Assembly (NCBI GenBank): GCA_030390025.1
Contig: CM059433.1
Span: 12,092,001 to 12,156,000, forward strand
Direction: 5' to 3'
DNA from: Squalus acanthias
Lineage: Eukaryota
Length of the DNA: 64,000 nucleotides
Part shown: one piece after another, positions 37,461 to 51,525 of the stretch
How positions within the stretch are numbered: the stretch's first letter is position 1
Layout: each line of letters starts with the position of its first letter
The notes under the pieces: generated by a model
What the model was told of the DNA's origin: nothing
The model's database searches: none
The model's input: only the letters and a program-made list of their open reading frames with translations
Translations under genes and position numbers: made by a program

Positions 37461-39613
37461 ACTAAATATGACAGTGAATGATGTTTGGCTAGTTGCAGCC
37501 CAGCTTGGTCCCGCATACTTCCAGAGGTGGTTTCTCACCGATCAAAGCAGAAATTCTGGCTGAATGCCCTCCTTTCTGAAGTCATTGACAACACTCCTAT
37601 CACCACTCAAGCCGAGATCAGCTAAACCAGCAGAGAAAGGATTGAACAGCGGCATTTTCTTGGATTTAGATTGTGATTTTTATCCAGTGCATAGCCCAAA
37701 CATCCGTGGAGCAGAAGTCCTGTATTGGAATTTAGTGATCACCAATTGTAATGATTGATCGAGCCCTGCCAAAACCAGAACTCTTATTTATCTGTGTGAT
37801 TGCTTTCACTAATAATGATCAGTAAGTGTTCAGTTGTATTGCTCAGATTAGCAGCAGTGTACCTCTAATTATAGTTTAAACTTGGGAAAGAATTTCTCAT
37901 GCTGAAATAACAGAAGGTCTACGATTGGAAGTACAGTACTACTAATTTGTTTGCGACAATAAAAGAAACAGATTTTGTTACAGAAATGTGGAGTTTACAA
38001 AGCAAACTGTGACATTTTCTGAGACAAAAATCAGAGTTTCCCCGATGTGATTCACGGAGTTCACATCCTGTTGCCTCTGCACATCTGCTCAAGCTCATGT
38101 TCTGCTGGCCCTTTGTGCCCCAATGCTCTGCTTCTCTCCATCTGACTTGAGTTACAACATTCTATCTCTCCTGCCCAAATCTTGATACTTTGACTCTGCT
38201 CACTTGCCCGTGTCCCAATACAAAAATAAAAAAAGGAGGGATATAAAAGGAACAACAACAGAAAATGAAAGTGAGAGTTGAGAAAGTTGGAAGATATCTT
38301 GTTTCTACATTCTAACTCTTGATTAGATTTCATTGGCAAAATCAATGATGTGGTTGACAGATGGTGCCAGTTATTGACAGCATTGAAATATTTTTGAATG
38401 TGATCAAAGGTTTTTTTAATCCTCATAAGGGTAGGTAGGCTGTTTGAAATCCATGGGTTGCCTCAGATGTAGTAAGCATTTATTTGTATCTAATGTGGAC
38501 CTGCCCAAATCAATTATATCTGATGTATTGTAGCAACATTTTTTTTGGAGGGGAGGGGGAAGAGAAAAAAGCAAATGTTTCCCTTTTTGTAATTTTTATC
38601 CAGTTTCTTGTATGCAACCTCTGTATCCAAAAGGGTGGACTCCCACCCAGCTCATTTAGTGATATAATTACCCCTGTAGCCAGTCACTAGAACTAGCTCT
38701 TTCTCCCACACCTCTACTGCGGGATCCTAGGCTCAGCACCTCCCCAATCGATTTGACTCAGATTAGAAGCAGCGTGTATGATCCTGCTCTATGATCCCCT
38801 CACATCATTAGAATATAGAGTTTAATTCTAAAGGCTGCGACGAGTAGAATATTAACAATTCTACCACTAACAAGTTCCACCAGGGGAATACTGCTCCTTT
38901 AATATGGTAAAATAGTGAAAACATGCCCAATATTAGCATGTTAATGAATTCTAAATATTCTAACTCAAGCAACGAAAATCATATGCAAATGACGGGGATA
39001 AACAATTATCAGGTATGCCATGAAGTCAGATCAACTGCGTTCAGACCTATAGTCATGCTTCTCCGTTCTGCCAGTTTCCCTAGCTGCATAATTGGCTAAA
39101 CTGTGTGCATCCAGTACTTCACAGATATGCACAAGACTCTGTCAAATTTTGGCCAGTCTGAGTTATCTGTTCCATGCAGCTGTGGGATGTTTGTAAGTTA
39201 AGCTAAAGATTGATGTACAATTACAGGCTTTATTGACAGGTGACAGGAAAGCCTTCAAAATACAATGGAGTTAGCTACATTTATTAGGCTTTTGCAATTT
39301 TCAGCAATGCAGCATTTCACCTGTATAATAATTTCACTAAGTGTAGTTTCTTTAAATTACTTCTATATACACATTAACAATTTTCTTAAAAAAAGAACAT
39401 AATTTTTTAAAACACTCCCCAAATTTAAAAGTTGAAATTAAGCGTGATGCTGAAGGGTAAACAATTCACAGCACCCATGAGAATATTTAGATCACTGTGT
39501 GGCTGCTCTATTTAAACTGCTCGAAAGTGATGTTACTTGTGCAACATTATAGTTACCTATGAAAACTGGTATTAGTCTTTAATATGAAAACTCAGTATTA
39601 AGAAAATTCACAC

Positions 39614-39686
39614 CTTGTCTGTTCTCAGAGGATATGCTGATCATACTTCCATCTTCAGCTAGTCCTTTTTCCAGATTATCACGAAC
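39614..39686 (-). CDS. TRAPPC12: TRAPPC12 coding exon, 73 bp: VRDNLEKGLAEDGSMISISSENRQ
   Basis: tttcatgcag|GTTCGT...AGACAAG|gtgtga; contained in ORF 39579..39815(-); phase 0 in, phase 1 out. Confidence 0.95.
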
Positions 39687-41671
39687 CTGCATGAAAGGTA
39701 AATCATTTTTAAAATCTAGAAGGTGCAAAATTACACATTCATTAAGATATTCAAAGCAACAAAAGGATTGCCAGGTGGTTTCTCTCCAAACAGATTTTGG
39801 TATATATCCCAGCATGGTGCTAATGAAAAATTATACTGTGAAGTTAACTACACATCAAAGGATGTGAGTCAGACAAAAGAATGAATGTTCAAACATACAT
39901 TATTATTTTTGAAAATTTAAAACTCAAGTAAAATAAATTTAAGCCTCCCTTTTTTTTATTAAATTACAAACTATGAAAGGAAAAAGAAACCCCATGGTAA
40001 GTCTTCACAGGAAGGAAAATAAGCAGCCAAATGAAGTTATGCAAGATAAAATAATTGAAGTTACTACACTTCGGGCAGTGCATTATACAAAAAAAAATAC
40101 TCCTACTAGCATTTCCTTCGAAGTATTGAGAATTAAAAAAAAATGAAAATGGGGAAAGATTTTAACCAGGTTTAATCCACTTATTGGAACAAAAATGCAT
40201 CCAGAATGGCATAAACGTTTATTTAAGGTTTGTCACTGTGTCATCAAATGCAAATGCTGCATTTTGGGGCTGCAGCAGCAAGCCAGATTATTTTATAATA
40301 GCCAAAAGCAACATTTGAAGACATTAACTACACGCCTGATGTAATGTATGTGACCCAAGGGGCAACAATTTACAAATTAGAACCTGGGTATTGCAGTCAA
40401 TACAATTTTTATTATACCCATGGTCTAATTAATTTCCAAGAAGTGGGAAACAAGGGTGCTCAAGCTGTAGTCGGTGTTTTACAATGTCAATGGGCAATAC
40501 GCAGTGGCCTACTACAATCAGAAAATCTGCAGAAGACATCTCATTGGCTACTGAACGACATTTCCTAATGTGCTTTTCAGCCAATCGTGGTCAGCACCTT
40601 GATCCAATAATATACAATCTACTTGGGATAATTCAGTCGTTTCTGTGCTAAACAATTTGAATTGTCCAATAAATTAAATTAAGCAACATAAATAACACAG
40701 CAGCGTGTGAATTTAAGTATTTAAAAATTTGAAATATCAGACCATTTCAACTAAACAATCTTCAATTAAGAGTTGTTTGCTATACAATTTCTTATATTAG
40801 ATATGTGTGGTGGTGGGTACTGACCATGAGAAAAAGTAGTTATTTTAGAAGTGAAATAAGCAAGCGTATTTCATAATTTACAATTTAAAAAAAAAATTGA
40901 AATAATATCACATACACAGTTCAGCATAATTTACTCAAAGGAAACGCTAACAGACTGACAGTCATTCTGTTTGTGGAAAGCACAATAGCACAGCACACTG
41001 AAATTTCAACACACCATCGCAAATTGGTGGTCTAACAAGTCCCTACACAGCAAGCACCTGATCTCAGCTGTGCTGTTGTGGTGAGTTTAGCAAATGAAAG
41101 ATGGAAACCAAAGAGAGATACCAGTTTTCTCAATTTCACAAAGACCATAAGATGTGTGTCACCACCATCTGCAACCCTCACACTCATCAAACCTTACTCC
41201 AAGATGAAATATAGGCCTCTGTAAAACTTGTTCACTGGGCATCTGAATTTCATTATATGGACATCCAGAACATTACCATATAAGGATTTATGCAAATTTC
41301 AAGTTGAAACTTGAAAAATGGCAAACTTGAAAAAATAAAGTGCTAAGTAGTGGTCATTTATATGAAAATAAATCACCTATAATGTTGGGCTGCATGAGCC
41401 ATTCAGCTTTCAGGTCTGTTTGACATCAAAAATTACCACTAGCCCACTTATTCACTAAATCACAACCGCTCTGGGCCTTCTTTACAACCTCATCCGTCTT
41501 AAATGTTTAAATGATACCAAACCTTCAGTGGTTCAACAAATACAGTGAATGTTCGTTACTTCAGGCAGATAGTTGATCACTTAACTGGTTGATAAACACA
41601 GTGGAGTGAATAGCTTACACGTTCTATAGCAAGTGTCTTAGAAGTAAAAGAAAGCTATATCCTGCCTACGG

Positions 41672-41960
41672 ATAAGGGGTCGACCATTTAAGACTGAGAT
41701 GAGGAGGAATTTCTTCACTCAAAGGACTGTGAATCTTGGAAATTTTCTACCCTAAAGGGCTGTGGATGCTGAGTCATCGTGCACATTTAAGGCTGAGATA
41801 GATAGATTGATTTTTGGACTCTAGGGGAATCAAGGGATATGGGGATCGGGCAGGAAAGTGGAATTGAGGTGGAAGATCAGTCCATGATCTTATTGAATGG
41901 TGGAGCAGGCTCGAGGGGCCGTATGGCCTACTCCTGTTCCTAATTCTTATGTTATGTTCT
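41672..41960 (+). mobile_element. CR1 LINE 3' end
   Basis: Reverse complement of the tails at 9143-9430 and 11925-12200. Confidence 0.85.
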
Positions 41961-42859
41961 ACCTGTACAATGTAACCGTGACGAGTTTGGGAAAAATTGC
42001 AAAATGGTCAACAGATTGCTCCCCCCACCTTACATCTGTAATATTTACACAATTAAAAGAATTTTTACAATTCACTGGTGATATTGCATGTCCAGTCTAC
42101 GAAGAGAGCCCCTCACAAACTGGTATTTGAGCCTCCAAACCATCTTTCCTCATACAGAGCAATGACATTTTTAAGTACATTGGCCAATGTAATGGTGATC
42201 ACAAGTTGCATTGGATGACTATTGTAGAGAAACCAGGTGAGAAACTTTACTAATGCAGTATACTATGGAGTGGTAGGACTTTCATACTTGTGATTTCCCC
42301 ACATGATAAATTCCCTTAACTGACCCCAGAAGATGCCAAGACCAGGCACTTCCCCCATATGGAATTTTGGGTGGGGGACGTTAGTGAGGGAGAGCAAATC
42401 AATTTGATCTGCTCTCGCAACCTAAAAGGTAGCTTGAAAGTTGCACTGGGAGAGATTGCTTACTCACTTTGCCAAGAACAGCCATGACTAATAAGAGAAA
42501 AGCACAAATAAAAATAAATTCAAACTTTAAAAACTTAAGAATGTGTGTGGAGATGCAATCAATTAGGTGCAACAGCATACAAGAAGTTCAATTTGGGAAT
42601 TCCCCCGACAATAGCCATCTAAATAAGTAAATTGTTTCCACCCCGAATACATTTTCATGTATGATTGTTTCATGTATGACAAGACAAACCAAAAAATGAT
42701 TCGAACCAGACTTTTTGCCACACCATACAATAAACTTGCAACAGGATCCTCCTCAGAATTTTCTAAAATGGCAAACCTTAGTGAACGGACTACATTTGTC
42801 AGAAGTATGACTCAATTGGACCCAACACACAAGTACATTTTTAGATCACAAGTTCCTAC

Positions 42860-42972
42860 CTTTAGGCAAATTACTTTCATGCAGTGCAGCCTGTCCAATG
42901 ATTCCTGCGGTTTCCCCAAGTACTGTGGAAGTTCTGCATGAAGGACTCTCATAGAAAATGGTAGCATGGATC
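42860..42972 (-). CDS. TRAPPC12: TRAPPC12 coding exon, 113 bp: (G)[37 protein letters not shown]
   Basis: Minus strand tctgtag|GATCCATG...CTAAAG|gtagga; phase 1 in, phase 0 out. Not in the ORF track. Confidence 0.95.
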
Positions 42973-43415
42973 CTACAGATGGAATTAAAAAAACTATGAC
43001 TACACAACAGCAACAACCAATTTTGTTTTTACCTTTTTTGTGTTGGTCAAAAATACTTCTTGAATTTTAATCTTTTTTGTGGGGATCCTTAATTCATAAC
43101 ATTGAAGAATATTCACAATATAAACTCTTACAATATAGCTCATTTTATGCAATTTCTAAGTCAAAAAATCCTTGCCGTCACTTCAATTTGAATCATCTCT
43201 AAAAGAGCAATAACATCCATGTTAACGGACCTTTGGCTCTCCGTTCCAATCCTCAGTCAAACCAGCTCTGTAAATAGGATCTTTGTGGCTGTAAACTGAG
43301 AACCCATTTTCAAGAGTTCTACCTGGTTTATTAGAATTCGGCTGAACTTGCAGATGCACAATTTTTGCAGAATGCCATTAAAAAGTCAGAGAAAAATAGA
43401 AACACCAAAAACATT

Positions 43416-44040
43416 GGCCCTGAATTTGCGGTCGGAGGCTTCCCGCAGGGAAATGCCTCCGATCCGCAAATAAAATGCCTGCGTAAAAGGACTGGTGGTC
43501 CGGAGACTCGCGGTCCTGAGCCTCTCTGAATACCCGCGGGTAGAGGCCCACGCATCCCACGGGTGCACGCGGTTCGCAAGCACCCCGGGATCACGTGGGC
43601 CGGCCCAACCAATAAAAGGGAATCCCCCATTCATGCTTATAGGAGTTCCGTATGTACGGAAATCCCGTAAGCACGAATGGGAATACCCCAAAAAATACAT
43701 CTACACAATAAATTAAAAAAAAATTACATATTTAAAATCAACTAAAATGCCATTTAATTAAATATTTAAAACAAAAATTACATTTTTTGAAAAATAAATT
43801 TAAATGTTTTAAAGGGGCTAAAAATAACCTTACCTTATTGCACAGGTTTTTTAATGTATAAATGATAGATAAAAATTTATTTTTGTTTTTTTAAAACTCT
43901 TACGCTGGTAAAAGCAGGCCGTAAAATTTTATCAGGCGTAAGAATTTCACGGGCATTCGCTGGACAGAACTCTCCGCCCGTGGATGCCCTTTTCCCGGGG
44001 ATGCGGTGGATCTGTCTGTAAGGGCCGCAAATTACGGGCC
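43416..44040 (+). mobile_element. MITE family A copy
   Basis: TIRs GGCCCTGAATTTGCGG / CCGCAAATTACGGGCC; flanks ATT / ATA. Confidence 0.85.
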
Positions 44041-44917
44041 ATACTTTCACAGCAAAATCACTGTGAAACAGAACCTGCGTATTAACTCGAGGAACAGGAC
44101 ATTTGTAAACCATTAAATGGGCTAATGTTGGCTTCTCTTCCTCCAATCCCCAAAACTAACAATAACTGAATACATATTCTTCTAGGTGAAAAAGCAACTT
44201 GTGCGCTAATTTTCCAATTTCCTGTGACGTTGATCATAGAAAGTCAGAGGACACACGGTTTTGGAATGTCAGGACTGATCTAGAATGGAGCACACAATGT
44301 GTTCTATAATTCCAGAGGATCACCTGTGGTATTGCCACCTGTCTACGGGTTAGTGATTGGCAGCTTTTCCCACTGTCTATATTTGAGTTGACTTAACATT
44401 GTGGTTATTTGAGCCGGAGCCAAGGGTGGCAGACACTTTGCATGTATCGCCAAACCACAGTTCACCTTGCCCAAAGCCGACAGGTCCCAGACCCCGCCTC
44501 CACCATTCCCCATATGCAGCTCGGGCCTATGTGAAGGAATTTTATTACAGAATTTCTAAATCAAACACACAGTTTAATGACTAAGTTTTGTGATTTCTTT
44601 ACGTGTTTTTTATGCATTGTGTTAGAAATTCAATTTTGACACTTATATAATCAATAGCTCAAAAAGTAACCAAAAGAAGTTGGTGCAAAATTGCCGACCA
44701 ATGCAATTATAAAGTATTCACTGCACAGAAACAGGCCATTCGGCCCAACACAACTGGCTTTGTGGTGGTTGCTGGTTATTTGGTACTTTTACTTGCATTT
44801 ATATATGTCTTTCACATCCTCAGGATGTTCCAAAGTGAAGTACTTTTGAAGTGTAGACAAAAATAGCAGGCAATTTACACACAGCAACGGCTCACCAATA
44901 GCAATGGGATAATGACA

Positions 44918-45393
44918 GAAAAAAAGACTTGCATTTCTATAGCGCCTTTCACGACCTTAGGATGTCCCAAAGTGCTTTACAGCCAATTAAGTACTTTTGA
45001 AATGTAGTCGCTGTTGTAATGTAGGAACGGCACAGCCAATTTGCACACAGAAAGCTCCTACAAATAGCAATGTGATAATGACTAGACAATTCGATTTTTT
45101 TTTTAAAGTTATGTTGATTGAGGGATAAATATTGGCCACGACACCAGGGATAACTCCCCTGCTCTTCTTTGTATAGTGGCCATGGGATCTTTTATGTCCA
45201 CCTGAGAGTGCAGACGGTGCCTCGGTTTAACGTCTGATCCAAAAGACAACATCTCTGGCGGTGCAGCACTCCCTTAGTACTGCACTGGGAGTTTCAGCCT
45301 AGATTTGTGTGCTCAAGTCTCTGGAGTGGGACTTGAACACACAACCTTCTGACTCAGAGGCAGGAGTGCTGCCCACTGGGCTATGGCTGACAC
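44918..45393 (-). mobile_element. SacSINE1/DeuSINE-like SINE
   Basis: Reverse complement of 26111-26655 and 57640-58108; preceded by an older tail fragment at about 44790-44917. Confidence 0.85.
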
Positions 45394-45394
45394 T

Positions 45395-45620
45395 AGAATT
45401 TACAGCACAGAAACAGGCCATTTGGCCTAATTAGTCTGTCCCGGTGTTTATGCTCCATAAGTGCCTCGAACCACCCTACTTCAGTTCACACTATCAGCAT
45501 ATACTTCTATTCCTTTCTCCCTCGTGTACTTATCTAGCTTTCCCTTAAAAGCATCTAAGCTATTCACCTCAACTACTCCTGTGGTAGCAAATTCCATATT
45601 CTAACCACTCTCTGGGTAAA
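45395..45620 (-). mobile_element. CR1 3' end fragment
   Basis: AGAATTTACAGCACAGAAACAGGCCATT...ACCACTCTCTGGGTAAA. Confidence 0.7.
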
Positions 45621-46007
45621 TGACCAGATAATTTGTTTTTTATTGGATTAAATATCTAACTGACTAAATGCAAAATCAATCAGCATTGCGAACTTAACAG
45701 ATAGAGGTTATATATTTTCAGATATATATTTACACACAAAAGTTTTGAGAGTGCCCATTTCACTTCAGAAATGTCAAATTTTATTTTTTTATATAAATGT
45801 TTTTGAAAAGGAGAGGCAATTATTTCATGCTGTTCTTTTTCTGACCTAAAGGCATAAATTTACCTTCCACCTTCACCGAACAACAATTAAACTCTGATTG
45901 ATGTCAGGCTGAATTTACTTGCAACAATTAGAGCTTGCGGTTTAAAGGGTCACAGCTCTACCTTAGCAGTACTTTAAGTCGTTGTGAATTACAAGGGGTC
46001 AGCTGCC

Positions 46008-47331
46008 ATGTGGGTGTCGCTGGCAAGGCCAGCATTTATTGCCCATCACTAATTGCTCGAGAAGGTGGTGGCGAACCGCCTTCTGGAACCACTGCAGTCC
46101 GCGTGGTGAAGGTGCTCCCACAGTGCTGTTAGTTCGGGAGTTCCAGGATTTTGAACCAGCAACGACGAAGCAGCACTCTCATCTCCGGGTCAGAAGGCTG
46201 TGGGTTCAAATCCCAACTTCAGCCAGAAGTGCCAAGTGGATGATCCATCTCTGCCTCCTCCCGAGGTCCCCAGCCAGTCTTCAGCCAATTCGATTCACTC
46301 CACGTGATATCAAGAAACGGCTGAGCGCACTGGATATAGCAAAGGCTGTGGGCCCCAACAACATCCTGGCTGTAGTGCTGAAGACTAATTTTCCAGAACT
46401 AGCCAAGCTGTTCCAGTACAACACTGGCATCTACCTAACAAAGTATGTCCTGTCCACAAAAAGCAGGACAAATCTAATCCAGCCAATTACTGCCCCATCA
46501 GTCTACTGTCAACCAGCAGCAAAGTGATGGAAGGTGTCGCCGACAGCACAATTAAGCAGCACTTACTCACCAATGCTCAATTTGGGTTCTGCCAAGACCT
46601 CTTGACTCCAGAACCTCATTGCAGCCTTGGTCCAAACATGGGCAAAAAAGAGCTGAATTCCAGAGGTGAGGTGAGAGTGACTGCCCTTGACATCAAGGCA
46701 GCATTTGACCGAGTGTGGTATCAAGGAGCCCTAGTAAAATTGAAGTCAATGAGAATCGGGGGAAAACGTTCCACTGGCTGGAGTCATACCTAGCACAAAG
46801 GAAGATGGTTGTAGTTGTTGGAGGCTAATCATCTCAGCCCCAGGACATCGCTGCAGGAGTTCCTCAGGGCAGTGTCCTAGGCGGAACCCCTTCAGCTGCT
46901 AAATCAATGGCCTTCCCTTCATCATAAGGTCAGAAGTGGGGATCTTCTCTCTACCACCAGCGCACTGTGACTGTAAGATGTACCCATCTACAAGATGCAC
47001 TGCGTAACTCGCCAAGGATTCTTCGACAGCACCTCCCAAATCCGTGACCTCTACCACCTAGAAGGACAAGGAGAGCTGGCGCTTGAGACCACCACCCAAC
47101 AACTCCAAGTCACACACCATCCTGACTTGGAAATATATCGCTGTTCCTTCGTTGTTGCTGGGTCAAAATCCTGGAACTCCCGAACTAACAGCACTGTGGG
47201 AGCACCTTCACCATGCGGACTGCAGCGGTTCCAGAAGGTGGTGCGCCACCACCTTCTCAAGAGCAATTAGGGATGGGCAATAAATGCTGGCCATGCCAGC
47301 GACACCCACATCCCGTGAATGAATAAAAAAA
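46008..47331. mobile_element. Composite: inverted LINE 3' end (46008-46170, -), SINE head fragment (about 46171-46222) and internally deleted 'YSPLAWM' LINE (about 46225-47331, +)
   Basis: ORFs 46039..46527 and 46524..46793 (ALDIKAAFDRVW); poly-A at about 47325; 46008-46170 is the reverse complement of 47147-47311. Confidence 0.82.
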
Positions 47332-48111
47332 GGGAGTATTCTCTCAATAGGATGCCTCAAACTTGCTGCGTTGAGCAAGGATGTCAGAGTCCTTGAAGTC
47401 TATCAAAGCCAGCCAATCTTTACAGCAGACTGCAAAAATCATTTGAAGCACAGTGACTATTAATTGAAAAGAGAAGAGTTTGATTTTCAAAATTCCTTTC
47501 ATGAACTCAAGATTGAGATTTTACCCACCTAGATATCCCTATCAACGTCTTCAATGCACGCACCTGGATAGAAACAAAGTTTCTCACATACAATAGAACA
47601 AGTAAATAGGCCAGCTCTTGAACCCCAGTACATGCACTCCAATTCTGCATTTCACTCTTTTCACTGCTTATAGAGCTGGGTATTTTTGGAGGGAAAGCAG
47701 TGAAACCTCAGAGGTCAAATTATTCCTCACAATAATCAGCTGTACAAACCTGCTGGGGCAGAGTGTCAATTTATTTTCATGATTTCACCACTACAAAGAC
47801 TAGGAGCCCATAAGCCCACCTGTTTTGCATGGAAGTTTGTAGTAGATAAAATCAATTCTAATCATCGGTGACAGTGTCATTGAAAGAGCAATCAGACAGT
47901 GTCTCTACTTTTATATTATACACTTATTTGTGCATTTTTTTGGTGATTGTGGAAATATTTCTCTTCAGTTCAATTCAAATGATCTATCACCATCAGTACT
48001 GAACACTCCAAGATAACATAGCGTGACTAGAGTAAATCTCCCTTTATTTGGTTTTAACCATGTGCCTTCATCAAGTGTCAGAAAACCTATATTGCTGTGA
48101 ATTTTCTGTTT

Positions 48112-49795
48112 TAGGAACAGAAGTAGGCCATTTAGCCCCTCGAGCCTGTTCTGCCATTCAATGAGATCATGGGTGATCTGTGCCCTAACTCCATATACCT
48201 GTCTTTGGCCCATATCCCTTAATACCTTTGGTTAACAGAAAGCTATCAATCTCAGATTTAAAGTTGACCCAGCATGAACTCCATTTTGCAGAAGAGCTCC
48301 AAACTTCTACCACCCTCTGCATGTAGAAGGGTTTCCGAACTTCACTCCTGAAAGGCCTGGCTCTAATTTTTAAGATATGACCCCGAGTCCTAGATTCCCC
48401 AACCAGTGGAAATAGTTTCTCTCTATCTACCCTAACAGTTCCCCATAATATCTTGAAAACTTCGATAAAATCACCTCTTAATCTTCAAAATTACAGGGAA
48501 TACAACCCTAGTTTGTGTAATCTCCCCTCGTAATTTAACCCTTGGGAGTCCAGGTATCATTTTGTAAATCTACGCTGCACTTCCTAAGCGTTGGTGCCCA
48601 GAACTGAACACAGTACTCCAGGTGTGGTCTAACCAGGGCTTTGTACAGCTGCAGCATGACTTCTAACCCCTTGTATTCTAGTCCTCTAGATATAAATGCC
48701 AGTATTCCATTAGCCTTTTTGATTTTTTTTTTGTACCTTTAGTGATCTAGATACATGGACCCCCAAAGTCTCTTTGGACCTCCACTGCTTTTAGCTTTTC
48801 ACAATTTAGAAAGTACTCTGATCTATCCTTTTTAGGTCCAAAGTGGATGACCTCACACTTACCTATATTGAAATCTATTTGCCACACTTTTGCCCATTCA
48901 CTTAATCTATTAATATCTCTTTGTAACTTTATGCTTCCATCTACACTGCTTACAATGCCGCCCATCTTTGTGCCATTTGCAAACTTGGATATATGGCTCT
49001 CTATCCCATCATCTAAGTCGTTAATAGTGTATAGTTGAGGCCCCAACACAGATCCCTGTGGGACGCCACTCGTCACATCCTGCCCATTAGAGTACCTGCC
49101 CATTATCCCTACTCTGTCTCCTGCTGCTCAGCCAATCTCCTAATCAGGTCAATAATTTGCCCTCAATTCCATGAGCGTCAACTTTAGCTAACAGTCTCTT
49201 ATGAGGGACTTTATCAAATGCCTTCTGGAAGTCCATATAAATAACATCCACAGACATTCCCCCTGTCCACTACTTTGATCATCTCTTCAAAAATTTCAAT
49301 CAGGTTCATCAGGCATGACCTACCTTTCACAAGTCCATGCTGGCTCTCTCTGATCAGCTGAAAATGTTCAAGGTGGTCAGTCACTCCATCCGTAATTATA
49401 GACACTAGTAATTTCCCGACAACAGATGTTGGGCTAACTGACCTATGATTCCCTGGTTTCCCTCTCACCTTTTTTAAATAGCGGAGTGACATATGCAATT
49501 ATCTAATCTAAAGGAATGGTTCCTGAATTGAGAACACTTTGGAAGATTATAGTTAGGGCATCTGCAATGTTCTCGCCTACTTCCTTTAAAACCCTGGGTT
49601 GAAAACCATCTGGTGCTGGGGATTTGTCACTCTTTAGTGCCACTCTTTAGTGCCATTATTTTCTGTTAATTTGCTTACGTGAATTTTGGTGAGTCCCTGT
49701 CTCTCATTCAATATTAATTTCCTTGGGATATCAGGCAATGCAAAGTAATTATTTAACATGTCCGCATTTCCTAATTTTCATTTATATCCCCATTT
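48112..49795 (-). mobile_element. CR1 LINE, decayed ORF2
   Basis: ORFs 48747..49103 (SGVPQGSVLGP) and 49214..49498. Confidence 0.9.
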
Positions 49796-49799
49796 ATGT

Positions 49800-50352
49800 C
49801 CCCATCCATGCCTTTGTTACCTCTAGACTTAACTATTCCAATGCACTCCTGGCTGGCCTCCCACATTCCACCCTACGTAAACTTGAGGTCATCCAAAACT
49901 CGGCTGCCCCGTGTCCTAACCTGCACCAAGTCCCGTTCGCCCATCACCCCCTGTGCTCGCTGACCTACATTGGCTCCCGGTTAAGCAACGCCTCCATTTC
50001 AAAATTCTGATCTTGTTTTCAAATCCCTCCATGGCCTCGCCACTTCCTATCTCTGTAATCTCCTCCAGCCCCACAACGCCCCCCCCACCCCCCGCCCCGA
50101 CCTTTGGTGGTCGTGCCTTCTGTTGCCTAGGCCCCAAGCTCTGGAATTCCCTCCCTAAACCTCTCCACCTCCCTTTCCTCCTTTAAGACACTCCTTAAAA
50201 CCTACCTCTTTGATCAAGCTTTTGGTCACCTGCCTTAATTTATCCTTATGTGGATTGCTGTCAAATTTATTGTCTTAAAATACTCCTGTGCAACGCCTTG
50301 GGACGTTTTACTATGTTAAAGGCGCTATATAAATACAAGTTGTTGTTGTTGT
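49800..50352 (+). mobile_element. L2 LINE 3' end
   Basis: IHAFVTSRLNYSNALLAGLP, LADLHWLPVKQR and LWNSLP motifs; (GTT)n tail. Confidence 0.9.
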
Positions 50353-51040
50353 CTGTTTTTAAGGGGCCACACTGCTCTAAACCACCCTATCTTTCCTAAT
50401 ATAATTGTAAAAGTTTTTCACATCGACCATCTTTATAACCTTTCTAAATAATGTGAAATGGCAAAATGCTACTTTATGTACTTTGCTTAAATGCTGGATC
50501 ATTGCTCACACACCTCCTATATCCTGTTTGGGTAGTTGTATATTCGTTGCCTTTGCATTCATTCCTCTGATATGGATCTTGCCTAATGGGAGGAAAGGAC
50601 ATCCCAAAGTGCATTACAATGAATTACTTTGTAGTGCAGTCATTGTTGCTATGTAAGCAACATAATGAATTGTGGGAAGCTTGTGCCATGAGCAAGTAAC
50701 CTCTTAAGTATGTTAAGCCTACCCAAATTCATTTCATACAGGGAATAGCAAACAGAGAAGATTTTCATCCCATCAGTCCAAAACATTAGTGGGGATACGG
50801 TCATCACTTCATAAACTTAATAATTCATAATTCTTCCACTAAGAAGATTGCACGGAAATCATTGGGTTCAGTGGGCTGCTGAAACACTGGCAGATGATCC
50901 TTTGTTGGATTGAGGCTGTGAACTAAGTCTCTAGAATGTTGCAAAAAATGGAGTGTTGCAGGGTGAAAAGCACTGTATAATCCCCAGTGGATTTTGAGCC
51001 TTTTGAGTGACTTCTGTCTTTTGATTCAAGTAGTTAAAAC

Positions 51041-51525
51041 ATTTTTTTTAAAATTCATTCACGGGATGTAGGCATCGCTGGCATGGCTAGCATTTATTGC
51101 CCATCCCTGGTTGCCCTCGAGAAGGTGGTGGTGAGCCGCCTTCTTGAACCGCTGCAGTCCATGCGATGAAGGTACTCCCACAGTGCTGTTAGGAAGGGAG
51201 TTCTAGGACTTTGACCCAGCGCCGATGAAGGAATGACGGGAAGGTGTGTGACTTGGAGGTGGTGGTGTTCCCATGTCTTCTAGGTGGTAGAAGTCGCGAG
51301 TTTGGGAGGTGCTGCTAAAGAAGCCTTGGTGAGTTGCTGCAGCCCATCTTATAGATGGTACACACTGCAGCCACGGTACACCGGTGGTGGAGGGAGTGAA
51401 TGTTTAAGGTGGCGGGTGGGGTGCCAATCAAGCGGGCTGCTTTGTCCTCGATAGGGTCGAGCTTCTTGTGTTGTTGGAGCTGCACGCATCCAGGCGTGTG
51501 GAGAGTATTCCATCACACTCTTGAC
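51041..51525 (-). mobile_element. 'YSPLAWM' family LINE 3' fragment
   Basis: Homologous to 10615-11140. Confidence 0.85.

Larger units (their letters stand above)
822..42972 (-). other. TRAPPC12: TRAPPC12 (trafficking protein particle complex subunit 12 / TTC15) gene, partial: six internal coding exons and five introns
   Basis: Spliced translation (G)[183 protein letters not shown] matches the vertebrate TRAPPC12 C-terminal TPR region as I recall it. All junctions are GT-AG with compatible phases and there are no stops. Introns are 3173, 6492, 11704, 17788 and 2443 bp. Confidence 0.96.

Noticed and set aside
43588..43613. CACGTG plus CCAAT as an ER-stress element in MITE A
   Set aside because: Orientation and spacing (ATTGG-N10-CCACG) match neither ERSE (CCAAT-N9-CCACG) nor ERSE-II (ATTGG-N-CCACG), and it lies in a multi-copy repeat.
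49628..49654. 13-bp tandem duplication CACTCTTTAGTGC, and the 23-bp one at 15421-15466
   Set aside because: Ordinary slippage inside dead LINEs.
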